DNA of 63,345 bases, the filler included, from Lenisia limosa (Eukaryota > Protista > Breviatea): NCBI GenBank assembly GCA_001655205.1. It is 15 parts of 15 records of this genome, joined end to end, with 100 filler letters (N's around TTAATTAATTAA, not from the genome) between each part and the next. Parts side by side here need not be neighbours in the genome. Positions count along the whole stretch, not along the records: positions 22,268 to 26,766 come from LPNZ01007792.1; positions 26,867 to 32,672 come from LPNZ01006931.1; positions 32,773 to 59,795 come from LPNZ01008342.1; 12 more parts are not named here. The stretch is one strand, 5' to 3'. Both the position numbers and the translations under genes were made by a program. This document shows, in pieces, positions 25,504-39,000 of the stretch. Under the pieces are notes generated by a model, which was not told the origin of the DNA, ran no database searches, and worked only from the letters and a program-made list of their open reading frames with translations. Numbering within the stretch: the stretch's first letter is position 1; each line of letters opens with the position of its first letter.

Positions 25504-26350
25504 ATGCTGCTTCAAAATGCGGCTAGGACGCTGCTAAGCTATTCAAAAACACTGACTGGACCATTAAAGCCAGCCCTTTGGGGCCAGCAAAGAATGTTCT
25601 TCCAGCATTCCCTCCGGACACTTCTTCCTCGCTCTCCCTTCGGCCAGCTGACCAAAATGAACTTCTCCACTGCTAAGCAAGTTTTTGGTTGGGCTGGGGA
25701 ATGTTTCCCCTTTGGATAGCTTAGGATCATGATCAATGCCTCACCCCTCAGAGAAGAAGTTGCCTCTTTCAGACACCTCTCGCCAACTGATGTCGAAGAT
25801 CTTCCAGCGCTCCCAACTCATCCTTGTAAGGGGCCCTGGATGATTGTGGGAGATGTCTCAAATTGCTGTGTTGTTTTTGTTTTCTATGTTTGTTTTGATG
25901 TTTTGATACGTCATCAATAGGTCGCCTCATATAAATCTTACAATGGCGAGAAAGGGTATTAGGTCGCCCACATTTATAAATCGATCCGAAAAACAACTGG
26001 TGAAATATGATACTCATCAGGATTTATCGAGAAATTCAGTCGTTTTGGGGACTGTAGGGAAGCCAAGCCCTATTTAATAAGATACGGTGCAATAACTTGG
26101 GATTCTTATGAAAAAGTCGGGGAATTCCCATGATGCACATGGTATTATGCATTGATAGAAATCTCAAATACAACACTTGGATCCCAAGTCGATGCGCGGC
26201 ACTTGGCCGCAGGGGGTTGGAAATGTTGGATCCAAAAAAGTTCGACAACTCAGGTATTCAAGCAGGCTAAATGAACTGATTTGGGGGATTTATGAAGAAG
26301 AATACTCGTCGAATTTTTGTGTCGAAATAGTTTCCAACTGTCAGTTGCCA
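25504..26350 (+). CDS. Unknown protein with a probable mitochondrial presequence, 5' part
   Basis: MLLQNAARTLLSYSKTLTGPLKPALWGQQRMFFQHSLRTLLPRSPFGQLTKMNFSTAK is Arg/Ser/Leu-rich and lacks acidic residues; downstream exon structure uncertain. Confidence 0.55.
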
Positions 26351-26589
26351 AGATGGTGACAGTAATAGTGATGATAATGATGATTAATGATGATGGTGAT
26401 GAAGATAATGATGATGGTTATGATGACGATGATGATGGTGATGATATGATTCGCCAAACATTCTTTTTATGTTTTTTTCTGATTTCTTCATAGAGTTCGT
26501 TCTTGTTAATTGTATATTGGCTTGCAAATTGTATATTTGAACCAACAGGTGTAATAAGTTAAACAAGGAACTAGAAGCCCTTACAGTGT

Positions 26590-26766
26590 CCTACTATATC
26601 TTCAAAAACATACTATATCTTCAATAACATACTATATAACATACTATATCTTCAATAACATACTATATCTTCAATAACATACTATATCTTCAATAACATA
26701 CCTTCAATAACATACTATATCTTCAATAACATACTATATCTTCAATAACATACTATATCTTCAATA
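26590..26766. repeat. 19-bp minisatellite (CATACTATATCTTCAATAA)n at a contig end
   Basis: About 9 near-perfect head-to-tail copies, no spacers. Confidence 0.9.
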
Positions 26767-26882
26767 NNNNNNNNNNNNNNNNNNNNNNNNNNNNNNNNNN
26801 NNNNNNNNNNTTAATTAATTAANNNNNNNNNNNNNNNNNNNNNNNNNNNNNNNNNNNNNNNNNNNNCCCCCCCCCCCTCCCA

Positions 26883-29800
26883 GATTATGAAGCTTGTTCG
26901 CGGCATCCGCGCCGGCAAGATCACCGTCAAGAAGAAGGTGGACGACAACGAGATGGAAGATATTTGGGCAGTGGAGCGGCCCTCAAGACTCGAGGTAGGA
27001 GGGGTTTTATGAAAGAGAGAGAGGGGGGGGGGTATATCAGATTAATCAATTATTGAGACTGAATAAAAGGAATAAAGGATCAGAACATCTAAGTTACAGC
27101 AGGGAATAGATAGAAAGCAATAGAGTAAGAGAAGAAAAAGAGCGGAATAAAATTGTCTTTGTAGCAATATGGGACTTTTTCACAACAGCACGTGTGTTCA
27201 GAATTATGAATTTTGTATTATCAATCCAGCTCTCGTAGAAACTCACTGTTCCAATATCGTTACCCCCTTTGACACTCTCTACAGACCGACAAGTCCTATC
27301 TCCCGCCTCCCCCCGAAGCTCTTCCCACCACTTACGAATCATACAACCCACCTCCCGAGTTCCTGTTCACCCCTGAGGAGGAAGAAGAATGGAAAAAGGT
27401 ACGCTTGGGCTTATTTATACTTCCTCAAACCCCCTTCACAGCGTTGAATTTATGGATTTTTCTTTGCAGNNNNNNNNNNNNNNNNNNNNNNNNNNNNNNN
27501 NNNNNNNNNNNNNNNNNNNNNNNNNNNNNNNNNNNNNNNNNNNNNNNNNNNNNNNNNNNNNNNNNNNNNNNATTTATAATACCCCCGCAGCAAGACATCG
27601 AAGATCGGAAGTGCCCCACAATCCCGAAGAACTACCGCTTCACCTACCAGATTCCCTTCTATGAGAAGTAAGCTTCGGGGAGGGGTTAGTCACGTGGTCA
27701 TCCCATTCTTGGAAATATGGGAATTTTAAAAGAACAAGAATTGTTATCCAAATAATAACATTGCGAATTTATTGAGAAAAGAACCAAGAGGAAGCTCTAT
27801 CAGTAGGGTAGGGCTTCACTTCGGTTCGAAAAAAAGACGGAATTTCTTGATATCTCCTCGAAAACTATCGATATTTTCCCAAACCGAAGCGAATGAGATG
27901 AGCGCCCACATTAATACTCTAGTTCACATTTCTTGTTTCATAAAATCCACATATGATATGATAAATCATATGTTACAAATGCTACACTATACTGATGCCT
28001 ACATTTCCAGTTCTCAACCACCGTCTTTCGCATTTTCGAGTTAATTAACCCCCGAAGCTTCGTCAACGAGCGCGTGAACCGCATAATGGATCTCATCAAT
28101 GCACCACGCTCAAGACCGCGTATGAAGAAGAAGAAGAAGAGCAAGGACGAAGACTTGCCACCACCTGAGCAGGTGACTGGGTTCTGTGTTTTCAGTCAAG
28201 CTTCTAAGATCATGACTNNNNNNNNNNNNNNNNNNNNNNNNNNNNNNNNNNNNNNNNNNNNNNNNNNNNNNNNNNNNNNNNNNNNNNNNNNNNNNNNNNN
28301 NNNNNNNNNNNNNNNNNNNNNNNNNNNNNNNNNNNNNNNNNNNNNNNNNNNNNNNNNNNNNNNNNNNNNNNNNNNNNNNNNNNNNNNNNNNNNNNNNNNN
28401 NNNNNAGTTTTTTTGTTTCATAGATTTTCCATTTTTACCCCCGCAGCTTGAGCCGTACCCCACCACTCCCCTCCTGGACTTTGAGGGAGCACATGAGACG
28501 CTCGTTCGAGGTATTTCTATCTCGCCAACTGGACAATGGCTTGTTACCGCTGATGACAATGGTGTTGTTGCTGTTTGGGAAGGTGGGGGAGGGGAAGATG
28601 ATAATGGCAGTGTTTTTCGTTTTACCTTGCTTTTTTCAAATGTTATCAGCAGAGTAAATTGTTTTTCATACATTTCCAATTTACCCCCCCCCCGACCNNN
28701 NNNNNNNNNNNNNNNNNNNNNNNNNNNNNNNNNNNNNNNNNNNNNNNNNNNNNNCGTCTTATGCGTAAATGGGAGTTGGATGGTGTTGTGCATGACGTCA
28801 AGTGGAGCCCCAGCGGCCGGACTAATATCATCGCCGCCGCGCATGGTGGAATTGTGGGGGTCAAGTTAAAAAGAGAAATTATACTATAATATTTTGAAAT
28901 TTGTCTGCTTCCTTGTTCAGTTTTTAATAAAAGTCTCTCATTCAACTCATCATTTTTGGCTTTTCATTTCTCAATTGACACCTGAAACCTAGATCATAAG
29001 ATTCTTTTGGGGCTGAAATGATCCGATATAAGACTTGTCAATTAACGGAGTGGCATTTTTTAAATAACGTCTGTAGTTGCAAAAATTGACCTTTTAAATT
29101 TCATTAAAAATGCATCTTTTATCACTATATTATTTTACTAAAAGACGCTAAAACAATGCCACTCTATTTTTACATGAGCCCACACACTGACTGAATAGGT
29201 TACACTTCTCGACCCGATGGTGGGAACAGCCAACATCAAGAACGCAACACAGAAACTGCTGTCAGCCGGCGACAAGAACGACGATGAAACTGGTTGGGGG
29301 GGGGGGGGGGTTTTTTNNNNNNNNNNNNNNNNNNNNNNNNNNNNNNNNNNNNNNNNNNNNNNNNNNNNNNNNNNNNNNNNNNNNNNNNNNNNNNNNNNAC
29401 AATAAAAGACTAAAATACTACTAAAACCCGCAACAACCCTCACCATTTTAGAAGACCTCCAAGAGAAGAAGAAGAAACCATCAGCACAGTGGACTAGGTG
29501 TAACCCTGTTGAGGTGGGTTCGATTCCCAGTCAAATCTGTTTTGCCAATTTAACATAGTATATTTTTCTTCGAAACCTTCCTTTGAACTCCTTTGGCTCC
29601 CGCTCCCCTTCTCTTTACCATCATAATCTACTGGAGTGATTGTTCACCCTGTGTGTTGTCAGCCAACAGTTGATTTTGGTTTTCATAAAATTATTTCGCC
29701 AATATTCTTCATGGAAATTTCCTTCGTTACCCCCCCCCCCCCCNNNNNNNNNNNNNNNNNNNNNNNNNNNNNNNNNNNNNNNNNNNNNNNNNNNNNNNNN

Positions 29801-32385
29801 NNNNNNNNNNNNNNNNNNNNNNNNNNNNNNNNNNNNNNNNNNNNNNNNNNNNNNNNNNNNNNNNNNNNNNNNNNNNNNNNNNNNNNNNNNNNNNNNNNNN
29901 NNNNNNNNNNNAAGTCTCATAAATCCTCGAAAATTATCGATAATTTTACCTGTCTTTTTCAAACCGAAGTGAAGCACCAGGTGGAATTGTGCATCATAAT
30001 GTGATATCCATTTTCTCATTCGCCGCCCGCCCCCCTTCCTTTATTGTTGTTTTCAAACCCTCCTAGTTTCCCAAATGCTAGCGGAGTTGATTTTGGGCTT
30101 CTTTTTTTTTCCCTTATTTTAACCTGAGTGGTGCTGCAGAAGCGACTGGAATGGGCTTTGTTTTGTTGTTGTCAACCCTTGTGTGTTGTGTTGTCAGCCA
30201 ACAGNNNNNNNNNNNNNNNNNNNNNNNNNNNNNNNNNNNNNNNNNNNNNNNNNNNNNNNNNNNNNNNNNNNNNNNNNNNNNNNNNNNNNNNNNNNNNNNN
30301 NNNNNNNNNNNNNNNNNNNNNNNNNNNNNNNNNNNNNNNNNNNNNNNNNNNNNNNNNNNNNNNNNNNNNNNNNNNNNNNNNNNNNNNNNNNNNNNNNNNN
30401 NNNNNNNNNNNNNNNNNNNNNNNNNNNNNNNNNNNNNNNNNNNNNNCTCACCCAAAACCCCTTCAGGAGCCACAAAGGCCTCGTACAGAAGGTGGGCTAG
30501 TAAAGTCTCTATTGCAAGAAATGATGCCAATATCGGCAATATTTCATCACACAAAAGGTCGTTTTTGTTGATTTTTTCGGTCAATGTGATAGAAAGGGGT
30601 TGGCTCTACACGATGAGGGGATAGTCGTGAAATCCGCGAAAATTTTCGATATTTCGGAAAAATCTTGCATCGGGAATGAAATAAGGGGATTAGCTTTCGG
30701 CTACGGTCATACTCTGGGGGTCATCGCGCATCCCGTCCGCTCTGNNNNNNNNNNNNNNNNNNNNNNNNNNNNNNNNNNNNNNNNNNNNNNNNNNNNNNNN
30801 NNNNNNNNNNNNNNNNNNNNNNNNNNNNNNNNNNNNNNNNNNNNNNNNNNNNNNNNNNNNNNNNNNNNNNNNNNNNNNNNNNNNNNNNNNNNNNNNNNNN
30901 NNNNNNNNNNNNNNNNNNNNNNNNNNNNNNNNNNNNNNNNNNNNNNNNNNNNNNNNNACCTTATTTCACACACCACTATCCGCACCCTCAAGCCCGGTCT
31001 CCAGTGGCTTTCTTGCATCGATGTCCATCCCGAAGGTGCGTCTTCTTTTACCCTAAGTTTTCTTTCCCCATGCTGGTTTATTGTTCTGAGCAGGTTGTAT
31101 NNNNNNNNNNNNNNNNNNNNNNNNNNNNNNNNNNNNNNNNNNNNNNNNNNNNNNNNNNNNNNNNNNNNNCAGAGTTGTTGATTCAGGGTTTTTTTTTGTT
31201 TCATGAATTTTTCTTTTCATCCCCCACCCCAGGAGACAATATCATTGTGGGTTCATTCGACCGGAAGGTTGCATGGTTGGATCTTGACCTTTCCATCCGC
31301 CCCTACAAGAAAATCAAGTGAGTATTAGAAACCCTCTCTTGGCAAAACCCCCAGATTCTAAAGATAAAAGTTATCTCTTTCTTACATTTGGCTTCTACTA
31401 GTTTTTTCTTTTCTTTCGACTTTTTTTTTTNNNNNNNNNNNNNNNNNNNNNNNNNNNNNNNNNNNNNNNNNNNNNNNNNNNNNNNNNNNNNNNNNNNNNN
31501 NNNNNNNNNNNNNNNNNNNNNNNNNNNNNNNNNNNNNNNNNNNNNNNNNNNNNNNNNNNNNNNNNNNNNNNNNNNNNNNNNNNNAAATACATAATACCTG
31601 GGCTTCCTGGTCCGAATAAGACCGTCAATACATCGATAGTTTTGAAATTCCGTCTATTCTGACCTAGGGAAGCCCTCCAACCCTGACAATTATAGATACC
31701 ATCGCTACGCCGTCCGCTCGGTGTCTTACCATAAGAACCAGCCGCTCTTTGCATCTTCCTCGGATGATGGTTCCCTCTTGGTGGGGGGGTATGATGGTTC
31801 CCTCTTGGTGGGGGTGTATGAATGTTATCTTGAGAGGTTTTTGGTGTTGACTGTAGAAAGTAATCAGGAACGGAATTTAGTTATGACTGAATTTCTCGAT
31901 AAATTATCGAAAATTATCGATATTTTACTGGCCATAAACATACTTCAAATAAATGGGGAAACATCAGGAGGGTGAATCAACTTGGAGAGGGGGGGGGGGG
32001 AGANNNNNNNNNNNNNNNNNNNNNNNNNNNNNNNNNNNNNNNNNNNNNNNNNNNNNNNNNNNNNNNNNNNNNNNNNNNNNNNNNNNNNNNNNNNNNNNNN
32101 NNNNNNNNNNNNGTCCAGGTGAGTCATGGCATGGTCTACGACGACCTTCTGAAGAACGCCTTGGTGGTCCCTCTTAAGCCACTGCGCGGTCATGAGATTA
32201 CCGAGCACATTGGTAGGGAGAGAAGAGGGGTCAATCATGCAGAAATAAGCCGTGTTTCAATGTAACAACTTTTAACCTTGGCCTTATATCCACAGGTGTC
32301 TTGAACCACGTTTTCCACCCCACCCAGCCCTGGGTGTTTACCACTGGTGGTGACGGCAAGGTTAGTGGTTACGAGAGAATATGAA
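26883..32385 (+). CDS. BOP1: Ribosome biogenesis protein BOP1/Erb1
   Basis: [121 protein letters not shown]. Confidence 0.96.
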
Positions 32386-32477
32386 AAAAAAAATTTGTTC
32401 TCAATGTTATCTTTTATATTGAGAATTTTTGAAGGATATTTCTTCCTACAATATTCTTCGTCGAACTGCCCATGGCT

Positions 32478-32599
32478 TCATCCCTCCATTGTTTTCTGAC
32501 GGAATAGGTTCGAATGTGGTTCGACATTCATGAGAAACACGAGTTCAGCAACAAACATGTTGAGGATGCCGAAGCCAAGGAGAACGAAGAGAAGGAAGA
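32478..32599 (-). CDS. Terminal exon of a membrane protein
   Basis: Pyrimidine-rich acceptor then VFLLFVLLGFGILNMFVAELVFLMNVEPHSNLFRQKTMEG*. Confidence 0.5.
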
Positions 32600-33049
32600 C
32601 TTTAAGGTGGGTGAGAAGCAAAATAGGCGCGCAGGGGGGTAATTGAAACAACCTTCCTTCAGAAAATCTCTANNNNNNNNNNNNNNNNNNNNNNNNNNNN
32701 NNNNNNNNNNNNNNNNTTAATTAATTAANNNNNNNNNNNNNNNNNNNNNNNNNNNNNNNNNNNNNNNNNNNNAAACAAAAACAAAAAAGCAAGAAAAACA
32801 CGAGCAACCAACGTTAAAACTAGAAACTACAAAACCATAGCCCAGCCTAAGTGTCCCACCTCCGTGTGAAACGTGTAAACATGAAAATAATTATGAAACA
32901 AAAAGCCCAAAATCAACTATGTTGACTAGAAGCCAGACATTCAGGCAGGAGATTGGTGAAGTTGGAATTCGATAAGGAAAATAATCGGAGTGGGCGTACC
33001 GGTGCTGTGTGATTAATGGTTTCTCCAACAACGCGGATCATATAATATA

Positions 33050-36000
33050 GCAATGAGAAATTCATAAAAAGGTTGTAACTGGCCGAAGCCGTCGGCTTCA
33101 TTTTGAAGTTTTCATCTGCATTTCAGTCTGCTGGCATTTTTGCGGACTACTCACTCTCTGACGTTGAGTTACAGCTGCTGAGGGACATTCAGCCCACACT
33201 GCTGTCACTGTCCTGAATTCAGAAGATGGTTGGTTGGTAGTTTTTAAGCCAAGCCCGAATGCATGGTCAATTTTCACAGTGGAAATGAGTAATCATGTGC
33301 TCGAGGCAGAAATCATACTTTTCTTGCTTGAAGAATAGCCCACGAGTGTACATTATTGTTTTGTCACCAATTTCAGGTCGTAAATATTCAACAATTGCTG
33401 ACATCGTTGGACAGTGTATTTCAATTTCGTCTTGCGTCGGTTGGGAACAGCACTGTCCCCCCCCCCCCNNNNNNNNNNNNNNNNNNNNNNNNNNNNNNNN
33501 NNNNNNNNNNNNNNNNNNNNNNNNNNNNNNNNNNNNNNNNNNNNNNNNNNNNNNNNNNNNNNNNNNNACGTTGATCGTATGCAACCACTTCCGTCGCGAC
33601 GTTGTTGAGTCCTCCTCTTGGCTGGCTAGGCAGGCAGGGGGCAGGCAACTTAACAGAAAGAAGGGGGCAAAAGGACCGCTACTCTCAGAGCTCCTCAATC
33701 ACCCCCGCATTTCTTACGGTCTGTGGTTGAGGGGAGGGAGATCCTAAGGAAATTCTACGTTCACATTACCCAGGTTTTTTTGGTTGGTAAGACAGTGAAA
33801 CGAGGGTGAGCTATCGTGAGGCACTCCTTGAACCTCCTTCCTGAATCTCTTCTAGAAAAACACGAGGACTGAAAATAACAAAATAAACAAAGCCCTCCCA
33901 TCAGTTTGAAACTGTTGGAAATAACAACAAAACACTGTCGGCAAATCTGTTAAGAAACACACAAGGGGTTTGAACCCAACGAAAAAAGTCCAGTCACTGA
34001 TGAAGGACCAAAACCGAAGATGGGGGAATAAAAACTTGAATATCTCGGCTTTGATGTATCAACAGAACTATTTGGTGTATGATGATGTCTGCATGGGATT
34101 CGTTTTATTGGGAAGATTCTGAAATAATTTGATGATGAAGATAACCCTGGTGAAACCGCATATAAAAAGGTCAGATTCGTCCAGATTAAAAAAAACAACA
34201 CCTCCAACCATAACCTGTGGGAAGTCGTAAATGGTATACACAGCTCGGATCCCGGCTGCTTTGAGACATATCCCCTGAGACACCAGCCGAGTGGACGACA
34301 ACCATGGCGGTGCTGCGGCTACGGGAGTAGTCAGATGTATCACAGGGAACACTTGGTAGTGTACGATGGTAAGTTGTGTGTCAGCATTGGTGGAGTATAT
34401 GATGGTAAGTTGTGGAGTATTTCTTTATTATAAGCATTGGTGGAGTATTTCTTTATTATGAGCCAACTGCTTTCCACCCAAATGTCACTGATTCATACAC
34501 CTATCCTCTAATAAACATACAGTTGTCTCCATTCATTTATCTTTCTCCAATTATTTCCATACAGGCATCTATCCTCCAACACCCTACAAGTATCCTCCAT
34601 CGTGTCGTCAACGAACACATCTCTGGGTGTTTCATCAGGGGTATCATCAAAATCTGTTGTGGAGTAAAAGAAAAAATTGTGAACAAAAAAAAAAAAACCC
34701 AAATTTAACTGTATTGGCTCAACATTTGAGAAAACACGAAGGTTAAAATCCACATAAAAAAGAATTACCCCCAAGCAAGTTGATTTGAACTCTTTTGGAG
34801 TGATCGTATGAAGTGCGAATAGACAAAAAAAGTTGATTAGGAGAATTCTTTTGATATCATTTACACATCTCAAAACAAAAATAAAAGAAGAAATTAACAG
34901 GACAAAGAGACAGGACGAAAGCAAGGTTTCAACTGGGGGAACCATTAAGGACAAACTCAAATAGGAGGAAGATAGGATGGGGATTGGTGAAGACTGTTAT
35001 TTATTATGTGACATGACCATTTTGATTGCCATATTCCCGCCAAATCTGGAAACCGCAGAGATGAGCCAAAGAATAAGAAGCGGAAACGAAAAATACTAAT
35101 TGCACGTTGTGGAACAGCAGTTGATGAGCGTTCAATCAGCAGAAACCGAACGACAACCCCCTGCTTCGCCTTTTGTTTTTCTTTTTGATTTGGTAGTGAT
35201 AAAAAGAGTGGTTTCAGGCATTTACCAAGTTGAAACCCCAAAATGAAAGAAAATAACTTTGTAAGACAAACAAAACCCAGGTAGTGTCACTGCAAGGAGA
35301 TATTTGGAAAATGCCATTAGGCAAAACAGGATATCTTACCATCATCAAGGTTGCCATTGAGCGGAGAAAACACCTCATTCTGGTCTAGATTGGGGGTCTT
35401 CGGTTCAACACTATCGGGTACAGGCTATAGTCATAAGAATCACCATAAAGATCAAAGTGGCAGGGATAGTACAAAGGCCCAACAGCTGGTATCGTATAAA
35501 TCAGTCATATTTTTGTTCACTGAGTTCTGATGTACAAATTTCTATGATCTCTTTTCAACACCAGTTTCATGAAATAAATAGAAAATATATGAAATATGAT
35601 AGATAATACATGTAATGAACCGTACTCCTCCCCCATACTCCCCAGTCCAGTCCGGGATGAAGATGAATACCGATCTCGGCGTCCACTACTTCAACAACAA
35701 TTGCAGGTCTGGGGGTGAAATAACAAAAGATGCATCAGGGTTAAACAGTAATGGATATGTGGGGGAGGACGTAATAAACCAGATTCTGTTTCATATACTA
35801 CAGAAAAAATTTCCAAACCAACAATAACCTGTGAATTGCTCAAATTCAGTTCTTCATCACCCCCCCCCCTCTAACCTTGGCCGGCCCGTGGGCTGGGTGA
35901 ATGGCTTGGCCTCCTGCTCGGAACTGAAGTAGTCGGGGAGTAGAACAGGGCGGTCTGGACTGGTGTAAAACCGAGGAGGGAGAATCGAGGAGGGAGTAAA

Positions 36001-39000
36001 AAGGTAACAGTCAGTAATTTCGGTATCAATCACCATTCATACCGCCCAGTTTGCCCTGATCAGGTGAGGAGTTTGACTGCACACGCGTGCGCAGTATCAC
36101 GCCACCCTCCATGATTTCTTTGGTCCAACTAATTGGCGATTCATCCTCAGCCCTGACAACCTGATTGCGTGAGGGGATGCGGGTAGAACTGGAAAAATTA
36201 TGAAATAAAAAAAAAGCCCAAATCAAGGGTGGGAGGTTATTAAAAAAAGCCCAAATCGGCAACATTTCAAAAGGTTAAATAACAAAAATAAAATAGGCAC
36301 TTGTTGAAAGAAGTTCAAAGAAGCGTCCACCCAGCAAACAGGCGGGGACGGCGTTGTCGGCACATCACCACCACCAAGCATTTCAGGTATGTCCGCCCTT
36401 AGGTCCTTCTTGACCTGCTTCGTTGACTGCCCCGAGAGGCCAGGTCCGCTCGAGGGCGACATTTCTATCACTAAAGAGTGGGGGGTCGATCAATAAAGCG
36501 TCTTGGGTTAAAATGGTTTACGGCACCCCAACACATTCATGTGTTACATTCAATACCTTCATTCATAGCCCATAATACCTTCATTCATAGCGAGGGATAA
36601 GGCCGATAGTCCGGTGACGTCCATGGAAACCTTCCCTATATAATGAGAAAAACACAGCACCACCAATTGTTGTAAAGAAGAGAGGGGAAAAGGAATACTT
36701 GCACAAACACAAGATATAACCTCGTAAAGCACCAAATTAGAGTTCGAGCGCCTTGCATCCATACCTTCACTTTCCTTATTAGGCAGGTCGTCCTCGGGCT
36801 CATGGAAGAAATCCGAGTCAGCGTTGATGCTGCTGGAGGGCGACGGGACGGACGGGGGCTTTTTTGAGGGCATTGTCTGAGGGGTGAGGGTTTTGGTTGG
36901 TTTCGGGTTTAGTACCGAGGTGGAATTGCGAGTAGCTTAATGAAGATGAAGATATTGACTTTGGTGCGAAAAAAAAAAAAGAAAAAGAAAAAGAAAAACA
37001 AGGATACCCCCCCCCCTTGTTCCCCGGTATACCGCAGACGCCCGCGTGAGGTCGGACATGATGTCTCCGCTGTCCTCTGTTTTCTCGGGTACTCCCTCAG
37101 CCTTGATGGTGAGTAGTAGTGGCGGATTGAAACAGGGGGGGGGGGATTCAAAATGCAGCAGAAGAGCATAAGACAGTATACAAGGCTTGATATGTTTAAA
37201 TAAAAGAGGATTTGACTCTGCCCTTAAATTAGAACTATACAAATGAATGACGTGACCCCCCTCCCCCTTTTTTGCAGTAGAGTCTCTTTTGAAACTAGGC
37301 TCACAAAGATCCTGCAGCTGAATTGAACATAAAGACCACTTCCCCCTCGGACCTGAGAAGCCAGGTCCTGGGCCATCATTTTCGCTGTTTGGATCGGCGT
37401 TGGCTCTCCTTGATTCGGTTATTGAAGGAGCTCTCAATTTTATGAAACAAAAAGGAAAAACCTAGAGTCACTGCACCGTCCAGCTGAAGTTGTACAAAAA
37501 GTATCAGTGAAAATAACACCGGATTGTATGATACAATACCGCCCATCCCTACCGGGAATAAAGAGGTCTCGCCCCTCTCCCCAATAGGACACAAGCGTCA
37601 GGAAAGTGTCGAAACTGTCTGAGCACAAGTCGAGGTTGACGCCCTGGCAAAGTAAACACAGAAAATAGACTGACATTGAGAAGAGCAATTTATGTAGGTT
37701 TCCCCCTGCTTTCCTTATCCCGAGATTATTTTCTTTTTTTTTAAAAAAAGCAAATTTCTTTCTGAAAAAACGGTAAAGAAACAATTTGAAACGCAACTAC
37801 CCACAGCCCCCGTCCATATACCACGACCATCATTGACAATAATCACCTGCACCTCTCACCAAGGGTGTGACATTGACCACAAGGTTGGGCCCCACGCCTG
37901 GCGGATCGTTGACACGAAGGAAAACGTCCAGAGAGGTGAAGGAGGCTACCTCCACAAATCGACGTCTCAGCCATGGTGCTTGGGGGCTGAGCGGTGAAGA
38001 TATGGTGCTTGTGTGGAACTCAAATGTGACCGTTAAGCACAATTGTAAATTCCAATGGGATATTTGAGCATATTCTTTCTTGTAAACTTCAATGTGACCT
38101 TTGAGCATTTTGACACAATTGTACCGATAGATAGCACCAATTGTGCTGACTTCCCATCGCCAACTTATTTGACGAACACTCCTCTGATGGAATATCAAGA
38201 ACATGTCTGCTGTCAGATATCAGCATCATGTGACCGTCTGGGAAAGGTGGGAGTAAACTTGGAAAATTCATGAAACAAAAAAAAAACCCAAATCAACTCT
38301 GTTGGCTGACAAACGGGTGGATAACAACAAAACAAACAAAGCCGAGGTCAGTCGCTTCTGCAGCATAGCATCCCATCACTCCATGTTTAAATGGAAAATG
38401 TCACAAAAAAACTCAGAATCAACTCGGCTGGCAAAACATTTTGAAACCCAAAAGGGTTGAACACAACAACAGAGAGCCCAGACCATCTGTAGCACCATTC
38501 AATCACTCAAGTGTACTGTCAGATGGTATTGGCTTGAAATAATAACTTAATGAACACCCAAATAATTGAGGAGAAGTACTACTGCACATCATCCCTCCTC
38601 ACGATACAAACCCTCACAAATACAGGTCTCATCCACGCACCATTTGCTCGAATGTTGAACCCTGCCGTCGCGGCACCGGCAACCAGGTTTGACGCTACTC
38701 GGATTTCGCCAACAGTTACAATCGTTTGGCTCGGAAGGTATACGGGCTGGGCAGGTTAGACAGTAACAAGTCTATGTTACGAGGGGTATAACACTGGTAC
38801 AAAAACAAAACAAAAAAAACAAGGCAATTTCATATCATCCAGAAGGAAATCAATAATTTTAAAGAATCTCATGAATGTTGCCAACACCTCGCACTTTGTA
38901 CTCAATAGATGAGTTGTGCAGTGAAACGTAGAGGTTCATCAACTCCCTCCTATTTTTGGACGGCTCTGTTTTGACGTCATTCGGCTCTTCTGGGGTGGGT

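Noticed and set aside
26590-26766. CRISPR-like array
   Set aside because: 19-bp units are head-to-tail without unique spacers; eukaryotic minisatellite
28110-31204. Long minus-strand ORFs over BOP1, and other X-rich ORFs in the track
   Set aside because: Open only because N gaps contain no stops; real exons are on the plus strand
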